UHGV virus genome: UHGV-0182431
Source of the DNA: a virus
Direction: 5' to 3' (one strand)
DNA: 38,180 nt
Under the pieces are notes generated by a model. The model ran no database searches. It saw nothing but the letters and a program-made list of their open reading frames with translations, and was not told the DNA's origin. Position numbers and translations under genes: made by a program. Position 1 is the stretch's first letter, and every line of letters starts with the position of its first letter. Of this stretch, positions 1-7,625 are shown piece by piece.

Positions 1-6
1 ATCATC

Positions 7-264
7 ATGAAAAAAATCAATCTCAAGGGCGTTACAGCTCAGACTTGGGCGAGAACTCTCGTTCTTGTCCTCGCCCTCATCAGCCAGCTTGCCGTTATCC
101 TCGGTAAGAGAAGCGAAGCGATCGACGTCGATCAATGGCAGGAGTATGTGACTTACATATTCACCGTCGGCGCATCAATCGTCGCATGGTGGAAGAATAA
201 CAGCTTCACCAAGAACGCACAGACGGCTGACAAGGTATTGAACGGAGGTGACGAAAATGGCTAA
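7..264 (+). CDS. Phage holin, SPP1 family
   Basis: 85 aa with two hydrophobic segments and the WWKNNSFT motif; directly upstream of the amidase; RBS GGAGGA supplied by the window end if circular. Confidence 0.9.
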   Translation: MKKINLKGVTAQTWARTLVLVLALISQLAVILGKRSEAIDVDQWQEYVTYIFTVGASIVAWWKNNSFTKNAQTADKVLNGGDENG

Positions 265-1081
265 AGTATATTTATCTCCGAGCTGTCAGTATGACAACGC
301 ATACGCTTACGGCAACACAACAGAGGGCGTGCAGTGCGTCAAAATCTCTAATGCGTGCAAGGCTGCACTGCAAAGGAGCGGAATATCCGTAATGACACCG
401 ACTACAAATTCCCTTGTAGCACGTTGCACCGAATCCGACAGGTGGGGCGCAGACTTACACGTGCCGATCCACACGAACGCCTACAATGGCAAAACAAGCG
501 GAACAAGAGTGTATTATTATAGCGGAAGCGCAAAGGGTAGCAAGGCTGCTAAGGCGATTTTTGACGTTTTGGCACCGTTTACACCCGGCAAGAGTGAGAG
601 CGTGAGTGCAAATAACGGTTTGCTCGAAGTAAATACGCCTGATGCACCGACCGCATATGTTGAGGTGGATTTCCACGATGTACCGTCAATAGCAAAATGG
701 ATCACTGCGAACACAACGGCAATCGGCGAGAAAATCGCACAGGGCATTTGTAAATATTTCGGCATGACATACAAGGCACAGAGCGTATCAAAGCCCACCA
801 CACAGAGCAAGCCGACAACCGCAGCAGTCAAGATTGAAGCACCGAACCTCAAGGATTACCTCAAAGAGGGCGACAGAAACCTTGCTGTCTATTCTTACAA
901 GCAGCAGCTTATGCTCCTCAAGAAAAAGGGTATAATCTCGCAGGGCGTTGACAATAACGAGATCTTCGGCGCAGGCACCCGAACCGCCACAATGCAGGTG
1001 CAGAAAGCCGCAAAAATTGAGGTTGACGGTCTTGCTGGTCCGCAGACAATCAGAGCTTGCTATGTGCTGGCGAGTAAGTAA
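257..1081 (+). CDS. Endolysin: N-acetylmuramoyl-L-alanine amidase (Amidase_3-like) with C-terminal peptidoglycan-binding domain
   Basis: Motifs VYLSPS, TE, HVPIHTNA, YVEVDFHD; C-terminal FGAGT...VDGLAGPQT; RBS GGAGGTG before ATG 257. Confidence 0.9.
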   Translation: MAKVYLSPSCQYDNAYAYGNTTEGVQCVKISNACKAALQRSGISVMTPTTNSLVARCTESDRWGADLHVPIHTNAYNGKTSGTRVYYYSGSAKGSKAAKAIFDVLAPFTPGKSESVSANNGLLEVNTPDAPTAYVEVDFHDVPSIAKWITANTTAIGEKIAQGICKYFGMTYKAQSVSKPTTQSKPTTAAVKIEAPNLKDYLKEGDRNLAVYSYKQQLMLLKKKGIISQGVDNNEIFGAGTRTATMQVQKAAKIEVDGLAGPQTIRACYVLASK

Positions 1082-1143
1082 GTTTTAAAAACTAAATCAA
1101 ACTTTCAAAGGATTTTAAGAACTTTTAAACTCTATAAACAATG

Positions 1144-1185
1144 ATCCCCGGATATCACTTCAATAGTGGTAATCCGGGGATTTTT
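1144..1185. terminator. Intrinsic terminator between the convergent lysin and XRE genes
   Basis: ATCCCCGGAT(1144-1153)...ATCCGGGGAT(1172-1181) followed by a T run. Confidence 0.8.
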
Positions 1186-1190
1186 CCATT

Positions 1191-1637
1191 TTAGTCAAAA
1201 GACTTTTCTGCCAAGCTCTTCACTTTATCTAAAACGGATTCTTGTACGAACCTTGCCGGCGTGCGCCTTCCGCCTACCCAATCTTCAAATGTTCTTAGAG
1301 GAACTCCGATTTTTTCAGCAAAAGCTTTCTGCGTAAGGCCGTTCGTATCACACCAAGCTCTATAAAGTTTATCAGCAAAAGTTTGTTCGGTTAAAGCACA
1401 CCAAATCAAAGGTTCATTGGTTTGCCAATAAAACTCAACGGCATACATCTTACCATCTTCGCCTCTGCACAGTTTTGCGTTGTCAAGGTCATAGAAGGAA
1501 TCTGTATCAACGTGCACATCTTCTCCGAATTCGTTTTTTACTTTTTCGATATGCAAATTGTCCGTAGTTGATAGGTCGAGCTTGTATCCGGCTTTCGTTA
1601 CGGCATAAATATCGCCGTCAATAATTTTAAATTTCAT
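1191..1637 (-). CDS. Protein with acidic N-terminal domain of unknown function and C-terminal XRE helix-turn-helix
   Basis: GLTQKAFAEKIGVPLRTFEDW HTH signature; RBS GGAGGT. Confidence 0.85.
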   Translation of the reverse strand: MKFKIIDGDIYAVTKAGYKLDLSTTDNLHIEKVKNEFGEDVHVDTDSFYDLDNAKLCRGEDGKMYAVEFYWQTNEPLIWCALTEQTFADKLYRAWCDTNGLTQKAFAEKIGVPLRTFEDWVGGRRTPARFVQESVLDKVKSLAEKSFD

Positions 1638-1722
1638 AAAATAACCTCCATAATATTGTTTTCAACCGTTGGGCTCAAAAGCATATAGCTTAATTTCTGC
1701 ACCATGAAACATCAACCTTGTT

Positions 1723-1938
1723 TTATTTGTATTCCTTAATTATGTTTCCGTCAAAATGGTTTTCTGCTTCTTCATCTGGATTTATTGTTTCTAAGACGTA
1801 GAATGCTTCTCGTTGTTTTTGGTCGTATCTTGACAATTTATTCCATTCGACATCTGACCTTTTTAAGGCTTCTTCCTTTGAATTGAATTCCTCTGCAAAA
1901 ACATCGCCTTTTTTTATATCAATGATAATGTACTTCAT
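1723..1938 (-). CDS. Small acidic hypothetical protein (71 aa)
   Basis: ATG at 1938 with RBS AAGGAG; first gene after the promoter at 1986-2014. Confidence 0.75.
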   Translation of the reverse strand: MKYIIIDIKKGDVFAEEFNSKEEALKRSDVEWNKLSRYDQKQREAFYVLETINPDEEAENHFDGNIIKEYK

Positions 1939-1985
1939 TTTCAATACTCCTTTTTGATTGAGGTGTTCCCTCATTTCTTGACTAT

Positions 1986-2014
1986 AATGTACCACGCAAT
2001 GCGTGGTTTGTCAA
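1986..2014 (-). promoter_or_regulatory. SigA-type promoter with a palindromic operator in the spacer
   Basis: Minus strand TTGACA-17 bp-TACATT; perfect inverted repeat ACCACGCA-A-TGCGTGGT at 1991-2007. Confidence 0.8.
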
Positions 2015-2125
2015 TACTTTTTTCAAAAGTTTTTTTGATTTTTATAAAACTTTTAAGAATTCTGAATTTGAAACCCCAAGCTATCGCAATAACTCGTGGT
2101 TTTTCACTTATAAAGGGTAAAAATA

Positions 2126-2152
2126 AAATAAACCCCAAATAAACCCCAAAAG
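2126..2152. repeat. Candidate integrase arm-type site, left (tandem AAATAAACCCC)
   Basis: 27-bp AAATAAACCCCAAATAAACCCCAAAAG, repeated exactly at 2543-2569 on the other side of the att core. Confidence 0.75.
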
Positions 2153-2160
2153 GGCAAAAG

Positions 2161-2199
2161 AAAAACCTTGAAACCACGTAGCTACGTCATTTCAAGGTT
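2161..2199 (-). terminator. Terminator hairpin downstream of the tRNA 3'-end copy
   Basis: AACCTTGAAA(2164-2173)/TTTCAAGGTT(2190-2199) with inner palindrome ACGTAGCTACGT; U tract on the minus strand. Confidence 0.65.
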
Positions 2200-2206
2200 A
2201 TATCTT

Positions 2207-2227
2207 TGGTGCGAGAGACGGGACTTG
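2207..2227 (-). repeat. Second, shorter copy of the tRNA 3' end (att core duplicate)
   Basis: Minus strand CAAGTCCCGTCTCTCGCACCA, identical to 2406-2426. Confidence 0.9.
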
Positions 2228-2405
2228 GCGTCTGCTGCGGCTGTGCCTTGCATGCTGATGGCTCGCCGACCGTCGCTTAGCGACAGTACCCGGCTCACCG
2301 CTCCTCGCTAAAAACAGTCCACAGGACTGTTTTTTAACGCTCAGGCCCTCTCGGGTTCAAGCCCCGCTCAAAGTAAAAAAGAGCCGCTGCTGCGACTCTT
2401 CTTTT
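2207..2405. mobile_element. 199-bp non-coding structured insert at the tRNA 3' end, inside attP
   Basis: Bounded by direct repeats of the tRNA 3' end; GC-rich relative to flanks; several hairpins and an inverted T-arm mimic. Confidence 0.55.
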
Positions 2406-2433
2406 TGGTGCGAGAGACGGGACTTGAACCCGT
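2406..2433 (-). other. attP: attP core: 3' end of a tRNA (T-arm, acceptor strand, CCA), probably tRNA-Leu
   Basis: Minus strand ACGGGTTCAAGTCCCGTCTCTCGCACCA; no 5' tRNA half; flanked by arm repeats and near a tyrosine integrase. The Leu identity is from recall of similar sequences. Confidence 0.85.
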
Positions 2434-2542
2434 TGAAAATCATTTCATATTTTCTTATAAAAACTCAGAAACGTTGATATATAGCCATTTCTAAGCGTTT
2501 ACTTGTCGCATTTGTTTTATAATTTATCGCTTCTTTTCAAAT

Positions 2543-2569
2543 AAATAAACCCCAAATAAACCCCAAAAG
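2543..2569. repeat. Candidate integrase arm-type site, right
   Basis: Exact 27-bp direct repeat of 2126-2152. Confidence 0.75.
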
Positions 2570-2573
2570 AATA

Positions 2574-2606
2574 ACAGCAGTTCGAATTTAAAATTCAAAC
2601 CGCTGT
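2574..2606 (-). terminator. Terminator after hicB
   Basis: Minus strand ACAGCGGTTTGAATTT-T-AAATTCGAACTGCTGT, with G-U pairs on this strand, then TATTCTTTT. Confidence 0.7.
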
Positions 2607-2616
2607 CATGGATCTG

Positions 2617-3009
2617 TTATTCGGTTATACCAAGCTCACGTTTTAAAGCCTCTTGAAGCACCTGTGAAAAGTTGATATTTGCCTGTTCCGCCTCGTAACA
2701 AAGCCAGCTCGGCAACGTGCAATTTTTCTTTACGGTTCTTCTCTCATTTTTTCTTCTATACTCCGCAAAGTCAACATCAACAAGAGTAACAATATCACAA
2801 GGTTCTCTTTTTACGCTTTCGAGCTTGCAAGGCTCGGGCAAAACTTTTTTATCATCTTCCATATCAATGCCCATAAGTCCTATTGCGTCTCTTGCCATTT
2901 CAATAGCCTCACAAAGATCGTCACCCTGAGTGTTGATGTTAAAGTCAGGTATAAAAGCCGTAAAGCCTGTTTCGTCCGGAGTTAATATAACCGGGTATGC
3001 CTGTTTCAT
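2617..3009 (-). CDS. hicB: HicB family antitoxin
   Basis: YPVIL...IPDF...TQG...EAIEMARDA; C-terminal VKKNCTLPSWL...NFSQVLQEALK. Confidence 0.95.
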   Translation of the reverse strand: MKQAYPVILTPDETGFTAFIPDFNINTQGDDLCEAIEMARDAIGLMGIDMEDDKKVLPEPCKLESVKREPCDIVTLVDVDFAEYRRKNERRTVKKNCTLPSWLCYEAEQANINFSQVLQEALKRELGITE

Positions 3010-3048
3010 ATTCTTATCCTCCTATATAATGCCGGGTTGGAGCGGGGC

Positions 3049-3231
3049 TTATTTCAGCCCCCTCCTCTTAATTATTGCCCGTGCTAAATTTTCTTTAATC
3101 TCTCGATGTCTCGGAATTGTTTCGCACTCCTGACCGTTGGTGTATATGTCGTGTCCGCCGCCGCTCCTTTTGAAGTACCACCCGTTCCGCTCAAGCATCT
3201 TAACGAGATCGTTTCGTTTAATTGTTTTCAC
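3049..3231 (-). CDS. hicA: HicA family mRNA interferase toxin (start may be ATT at 3222)
   Basis: LERNGW...GGGHDIY...IPRHREIKE; upstream of hicB. Confidence 0.93.
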   Translation of the reverse strand: MKTIKRNDLVKMLERNGWYFKRSGGGHDIYTNGQECETIPRHREIKENLARAIIKRRGLK

Positions 3232-3248
3232 CCCCTTGCTGTGATTAT

Positions 3249-3277
3249 ATTATACGCCTTTTATACGTATTTGTCAA
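3249..3277 (-). promoter_or_regulatory. hicAB promoter
   Basis: Perfect TTGACA-17 bp-TATAAT on the minus strand; imperfect palindrome ATACG..CGTAT in the spacer is a likely HicB operator. Confidence 0.85.
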
Positions 3278-3293
3278 GGCTTTTTCAAAAAAA

Positions 3294-4484
3294 TTATGCT
3301 TTTTCTTCCTCTTTTTTTACGCTCGGTCGGAGGGTTTGACATAGTGCTTCGGAAGCTTTCGCTTGCTCGGCGGCGAAGAATTCAGCGTATATATTTAATG
3401 TTGTTGAGGGTGTGCTATGACCGAGTGCACCGGCAACGGTGGCAACGTCGGCACCGTTCATAATCAGCAACGAAGCATTCATGTGACGCAGCTGGTGCGG
3501 TGTAAGGTGTGGCAATTTGTTTTGATTGCAAAATTTCGTAAGCCATTTGCCCGGATAATCTGTACGAATGTATCCGCCGAACTCGTTCGTAATGATTGCC
3601 CTTGTATTCTTCCACTGATCGCCGCACTTGAGCTTGTTTTTCATCTGGTTAAGCTGCTGCTTTTTTAGCAGGTCAATAATACCTGCATCAACCTTGAGCT
3701 TTCGACGTGACTGATTTGTTTTTGGTGTATCAGTGTAAATGCCACGCTCTTTGGTATAGAGCCTGTCTCGGTTAATGGATATGACGCTGTTTTCAAAGTC
3801 AACATCAGACCATTCAAGCCCAAGGATTTCGCAGGTGCGGAATCCGCAGTACAGAGCGAGTGAAAAAAACAAATTCATGCAAATGTCCTCACCCTCAAGC
3901 AGTGACAGAAATGTTTGAAGTTCTTCGACGGAAACGGTGTTGATTTCTTTCTTTTTGAGCGGTTTGCACTCAAGGCCGACGCAAGGACTGTGTGAAATAA
4001 ATCCACGTTTCATGGCGTAGTCAAAAACGTTTGAAATATAATTCTTGTAATGCCGCTGAGTTTTCGGCGAAAGCGGCTTTCCTGTCCGCTCATTTATATT
4101 ATCGGTAACAAGAGAATCAAGGAACTTTTGAAGCATGGAAGTGGTTATCCGGTCAAGTCTGATGTGACCAAATTGCATTAAAACCCTGTCTGAGCACTGC
4201 TTGAGCCTGTAAACGCTGCGGTGCTTCAAGCTTTCCTGCGCTTCAACATGGCTGAAATACTCCTCCGAAGCATCTTTGAATTTCTTCGCCGAGCTTGCAA
4301 GTCCGCATTTAACATCTTCCTCGAAAAGAACCGCTTGTCGCTGTAACTCTTTTTGAACTTGCCTTTCGCTCAATCCTTCTGGCGGCGTCCATGTCATTCG
4401 ATGGCGCACTTGTTCGCCGAGATCGTTATAACCGAAAGAAACGGTTATTCGGTATGCTTTTCCTCTTTTTTCAATTGTTGCCAT
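3294..4484 (-). CDS. int: Tyrosine recombinase / phage integrase
   Basis: Catalytic R (GFRTCE), K (TPKT), HQLRH, LGH and Y (TLNIY); N-terminal arm-binding-like domain; RBS GAAAGGAG. Confidence 0.97.
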   Translation of the reverse strand: MATIEKRGKAYRITVSFGYNDLGEQVRHRMTWTPPEGLSERQVQKELQRQAVLFEEDVKCGLASSAKKFKDASEEYFSHVEAQESLKHRSVYRLKQCSDRVLMQFGHIRLDRITTSMLQKFLDSLVTDNINERTGKPLSPKTQRHYKNYISNVFDYAMKRGFISHSPCVGLECKPLKKKEINTVSVEELQTFLSLLEGEDICMNLFFSLALYCGFRTCEILGLEWSDVDFENSVISINRDRLYTKERGIYTDTPKTNQSRRKLKVDAGIIDLLKKQQLNQMKNKLKCGDQWKNTRAIITNEFGGYIRTDYPGKWLTKFCNQNKLPHLTPHQLRHMNASLLIMNGADVATVAGALGHSTPSTTLNIYAEFFAAEQAKASEALCQTLRPSVKKEEEKA

Positions 4485-4512
4485 AAAATAAAGCAGCTCC
4501 TTTCAAAAATGC

Positions 4513-4541
4513 TTGCATTCGGCGAAAGAAACTGCTATAAT
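4513..4541 (+). promoter_or_regulatory. Promoter antisense to the int leader (sRNA promoter)
   Basis: TTGCAT(4513-4518)-17 bp-TATAAT(4536-4541). Confidence 0.75.
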
Positions 4542-4547
4542 AAACAT

Positions 4548-4658
4548 AGTTAGTTCCTTTCACCGTGGTGGGTGTCGGTTCTGACTGCTCGATGCCGCAA
4601 GAGAGTGGGATCTCATGCGGTTTGCCGTTCGGTGTTGGTAGCACCGGGCGGCATTTTT
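4548..4658 (+). ncRNA. Predicted ~110-nt small regulatory RNA
   Basis: Own promoter and terminator; internal hairpin 4595-4620; complementary to 7973-8012 and 8059-8070. Confidence 0.6.
4623..4658 (+). terminator. Intrinsic terminator on the + strand
   Basis: TGCCGTTCGGTGT-TGGTA-GCACCGGGCGGCA-TTTTT; three U-G pairs form only on the + strand. Confidence 0.8.
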
Positions 4659-5622
4659 ATTTACATGTTACTTCGGGAATACTGTAAACTCTGATTTTAG
4701 CCTTGTTATCATCTAAGCTCTCGATGATAAGTGCAACTTTTTCAAATTGCTCAATAAAGTCTATTGCTTTGTCGCTTAGCTCACCGAGTTCGTCTGTGCC
4801 ATCATATACCGTGCCGTTATAATAATCAACCTCATCGCCCTCATTCATGACGCTCAAGTTGTCATATCTACTGCTGATTTCAAAATCCTCGACAGTCTTT
4901 GTAACTCTAAGCAACGGGAAGAGCTTATTTTCTCGCTCTGCAAGCGGTCTGTAAAATCCGATTTTATAAGTTGCAGTATTCTCAGCGACGTTTATTTTGG
5001 CAAGATGACCTATAAAAAGCATATCTCTTTTAAACCAGTCATTACACATATCTTGCGTTCTTCCACGGTAAACATATCCGATTTTTTTAGACTCCAAATA
5101 AATTGCTACGGCTTTATCATCATATTTGTTGTCCGGCTCTTGAACAAAAGTAATAGGTGTTCCGCCTTTGCCACTCAAATCGGCAGCATCTACGCCGGAA
5201 CTCAAGCACAAATCTCGCTCATACTCGTATTTGAGGTAATTGTCGCCCTCGATCGAAGAAAAGAGATGATATGTCTTTTCAGATTCGGGTACAACGGGTT
5301 TTGGCGAAGCTGCTTTCGGTATCGGATCGGATTTAATCTCGACTTTTGGCTCTTCATCAGCCGGATCAACTTCAGCGGAAGTTAAAACTTGCGGTTGAGC
5401 CGATATGTGTTCTTGCGATTCCGTAGATATCACATTATCTTTTGATAACAAAGCGACTAAAAGCCTTATTGTGTCAATAATCCATCCAAAGCCGCATAAT
5501 CCACCTGTAAATAGGTATAAGATACCCATTTTAACATTTTTCTCATAAAATTTGTGCACGCCAATATATCCGAAGAAAAGGCAAAGTAAAAAATCAATTA
5601 ACTTATTTTCCTTGTTTTTCAT
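4657..5622 (-). CDS. TM2-domain membrane protein with HIRAN-like domain
   Basis: LCLFFGYIGVHKFY...LYLFTGGLCGFGWIID (TM2); EPDNKYDDKAVAIY...KIGYV (HIRAN). Confidence 0.85.
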   Translation of the reverse strand: MKNKENKLIDFLLCLFFGYIGVHKFYEKNVKMGILYLFTGGLCGFGWIIDTIRLLVALLSKDNVISTESQEHISAQPQVLTSAEVDPADEEPKVEIKSDPIPKAASPKPVVPESEKTYHLFSSIEGDNYLKYEYERDLCLSSGVDAADLSGKGGTPITFVQEPDNKYDDKAVAIYLESKKIGYVYRGRTQDMCNDWFKRDMLFIGHLAKINVAENTATYKIGFYRPLAERENKLFPLLRVTKTVEDFEISSRYDNLSVMNEGDEVDYYNGTVYDGTDELGELSDKAIDFIEQFEKVALIIESLDDNKAKIRVYSIPEVTCK

Positions 5623-5659
5623 TTTTAGCCCCTCATCTGCAACTGAATTTTAGTTGCTA

Positions 5660-6136
5660 TTATTTTACTTTTTCAAGTCTGATTGTTTTTGTTGTGCCGA
5701 GAGCGGAAGCCTGATAAGAAATTTCTCCGTCCTCATATGTAAATGTCTTTGTCGCATCTCCAGAAGCGAGCAAAGCATTGTCCGTCTTCTCTGTGTCGTT
5801 TTTTGAATTCCAAGTGTACGGCTCATCAGCTGTTGTCGGTGCATCGTAAGTTCCCGCCCAATAAAGCGAGTCACTTTCATCTTCTTCGGAATGCCAATAA
5901 ATCTCGATTGTGCCATTTGCTATTTTGGCGATCTGATAGTTGTCCTTGTCGCCGTTCTTCTGCTTCCATTCGCCCGAAAGATCGGCAGGTGCTTTTGTCG
6001 TTGTCGTTTTCTGCTCGGCGGAACTGTTGGGCTGGGCGTTGTTTGATTGACCGTTGTCGGTCTGAGAGTTGCCGCAAGCTGCGAGCGTACCAACCATAAG
6101 GATTGCCATGAGTATTGCTGTGATTTTCTTTGACAT
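5660..6136 (-). CDS. Lipoprotein of unknown function
   Basis: Signal peptide with LAAC lipobox, low-complexity linker, beta-rich domain; RBS AAGGAG. Confidence 0.85.
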   Translation of the reverse strand: MSKKITAILMAILMVGTLAACGNSQTDNGQSNNAQPNSSAEQKTTTTKAPADLSGEWKQKNGDKDNYQIAKIANGTIEIYWHSEEDESDSLYWAGTYDAPTTADEPYTWNSKNDTEKTDNALLASGDATKTFTYEDGEISYQASALGTTKTIRLEKVK

Positions 6137-6197
6137 TTTGATTTCTCCTTTTTGCGGTAAGTAATTGCCAAAACTTACCTGTAGATTTTACACTTTG

Positions 6198-6221
6198 CCT
6201 CACTTAAAATTTTAAGTGAGG
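6198..6221. promoter_or_regulatory. Perfect 24-bp palindrome overlapping the immA RBS
   Basis: CCTCACTTAAAA/TTTTAAGTGAGG. Confidence 0.7.
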
Positions 6222-6230
6222 TGATTTTAT

Positions 6231-6785
6231 ATGAATTATAAAGACTATCAAAATGCAAGAGACTCGGTATGGCAGTTGTTGATTGATTTAGGCATTTCAG
6301 AACTGCCAATCAACACCGTTAAAGTCTGCACCGAGCTTGGAATCAAGCTGCATTACTACGAGCCGGACAATGAAAGTGACGGCATGAGCTGCTACATTAA
6401 CGGCGTGCCGCACATTTTCGTAAGCTCTGCCGTTCTGCCCGAGCGTCGGAGGTTTACTGTTGCTCACGAGATCGGACATATCATTCTCGGTCATGTCGGT
6501 AAGTTCGAGCTTGTAAACCGAGAACCGTCACCGACCGATAATCCGGTTGAGCAGGCAGCGAATGTTTTTGCAAGCCGTCTGTTAGCTCCCGCCTGCGTGC
6601 TGTGGGGGTGCAATGTTCGGACCGCCGAGCAAATACAAGAGCTTTGCAAGATCAGCCGAACCGCCGCAGAGTACAGAGCAGAAAGAATGAACGAGCTTTA
6701 CAAACGCAATCGCTTTTTGACATCTCCTCTTGAGCAGAAAGTCTACTCACGATTTGAAACCTTTATAAAACACAACAAAATTTAA
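6231..6785 (+). CDS. ImmA/IrrE family metallopeptidase (anti-repressor protease)
   Basis: RRRFTVAHEIGH (HExxH) and EQAANVFASRLLAP. Confidence 0.93.
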   Translation: MNYKDYQNARDSVWQLLIDLGISELPINTVKVCTELGIKLHYYEPDNESDGMSCYINGVPHIFVSSAVLPERRRFTVAHEIGHIILGHVGKFELVNREPSPTDNPVEQAANVFASRLLAPACVLWGCNVRTAEQIQELCKISRTAAEYRAERMNELYKRNRFLTSPLEQKVYSRFETFIKHNKI

Positions 6786-7258
6786 CCATCCTCAAGAGGA
6801 ACTTCGGGTAAGTTTTCAAGTTCCTTGAGTTTGCTGTCCGTGACTACAAGTGGAGAGTTATCTCCGTTACGGGCGGCTTTTTTTATTATATAGAGCTTTT
6901 CTTCCGGCTCAATGCCAAGAAGCTTATCGACTGACTTTTGCATATCCGGGTGTTCTCTGTATGCAAGTATTAAATATGCCTCATGTTTTGAAAGTTGGAT
7001 ATTCTTTGTAATATCCACACAATCTGCATAACAACCTTTTTTATCTGTTTTCAGAGCCAACCAATCAGGATTAACATCTAAAATTTGTGCCATTGCTTGT
7101 ATAACCGGAAGCTTAATTTTTTCAACTACTCCACTTTCGTATCTCGCAATTGTCGATTTATTAAGCGAGAGCTTGTTCGCAATCATTTCTTGTGTTAAGT
7201 TAAGCTCTTTTCGTCTTGCTTGAATACGCTCACCTATTTTAATAGTAATATCGTTCAT
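6782..7258 (-). CDS. XRE-family phage repressor (CI/ImmR-like)
   Basis: N-terminal HTH (LTQEMIA...KSTIARYESG); no S24 peptidase domain; divergent from cro; exact start uncertain (7258-7270). Confidence 0.9.
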   Translation of the reverse strand: MNDITIKIGERIQARRKELNLTQEMIANKLSLNKSTIARYESGVVEKIKLPVIQAMAQILDVNPDWLALKTDKKGCYADCVDITKNIQLSKHEAYLILAYREHPDMQKSVDKLLGIEPEEKLYIIKKAARNGDNSPLVVTDSKLKELENLPEVPLEDG

Positions 7259-7288
7259 TAAATTCACCAACCTCGCTATTACGATAAG

Positions 7289-7404
7289 AATATAGCATAA
7301 ATAATTGCAAAATGCAATAGTTTTTTAGAAAAAGTTTAAAAAAAGTTGCATTTTGCTATTGACAAACTCTAAAAGTGTGTTATTATGTAGTTGCAAAACG
7401 CAAC
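7289..7404. promoter_or_regulatory. Genetic switch: divergent promoters with three operators
   Basis: Leftward TTGCAT(7317-7312)-17-TATATT; rightward TTGACA(7359-7364)-16-TATTAT with TGn; operators of consensus TTGCAAAAyGCAA at 7304-7318, 7345-7359 (inverted) and 7390-7404. Confidence 0.8.
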
Positions 7405-7418
7405 TAGGAGGCGACAAA

Positions 7419-7625
7419 ATGATAAATTCTAACAAACTAAAAGGACGTATGAAGGAAAAGGGCGTTACACAAGCGGCTCTTGCGAAATACCTGAAAATTT
7501 CCCAACCTACATGTTGCCAGAAGCTTAATAATACAAGGCAGCTAACGCTTGATGAAGCGAACGGAATTTGTGAAATACTTGATATTTCCCCAGAACACTT
7601 TGGCTCTTATTTTTTTATACAATAA
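7419..7625 (+). CDS. Cro-like HTH regulator
   Basis: 68 aa, KLKGRMKEKGVTQAALA; RBS AGGAGG. Confidence 0.9.
   Translation: MINSNKLKGRMKEKGVTQAALAKYLKISQPTCCQKLNNTRQLTLDEANGICEILDISPEHFGSYFFIQ

Noticed and set aside
1662..1712. 16-codon minus-strand ORF (MFHGAEIKLYAFEPNG) between the two accessory genes
   Set aside because: Too short and its SD is poorly spaced; cannot be supported from sequence alone.
1954..2177. Short ORFs on both strands over the promoter/attP arm region
   Set aside because: They overlap a promoter, an operator and arm repeats, are low complexity and have no good RBS.
2406..2480. Complete tRNA gene
   Set aside because: Only the T-arm and acceptor 3' strand are present; the sequence beyond 2433 is AT-rich with no D or anticodon arm.
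2126..2569. CRISPR mini-array from the 27-bp or 21-bp repeats
   Set aside because: Only two copies of each, 417 and 199 bp apart, with no cas genes; better explained as att arm and core sites.
4485..4547. N-terminal extension of the integrase from the in-frame ATG at 4547
   Set aside because: An in-frame TGA at 4505-4503 stops it after 14 codons; at most a short leader ORF.
6140..6800. immA as a site-specifically invertible cassette
   Set aside because: No convincing inverted repeats at its two ends.
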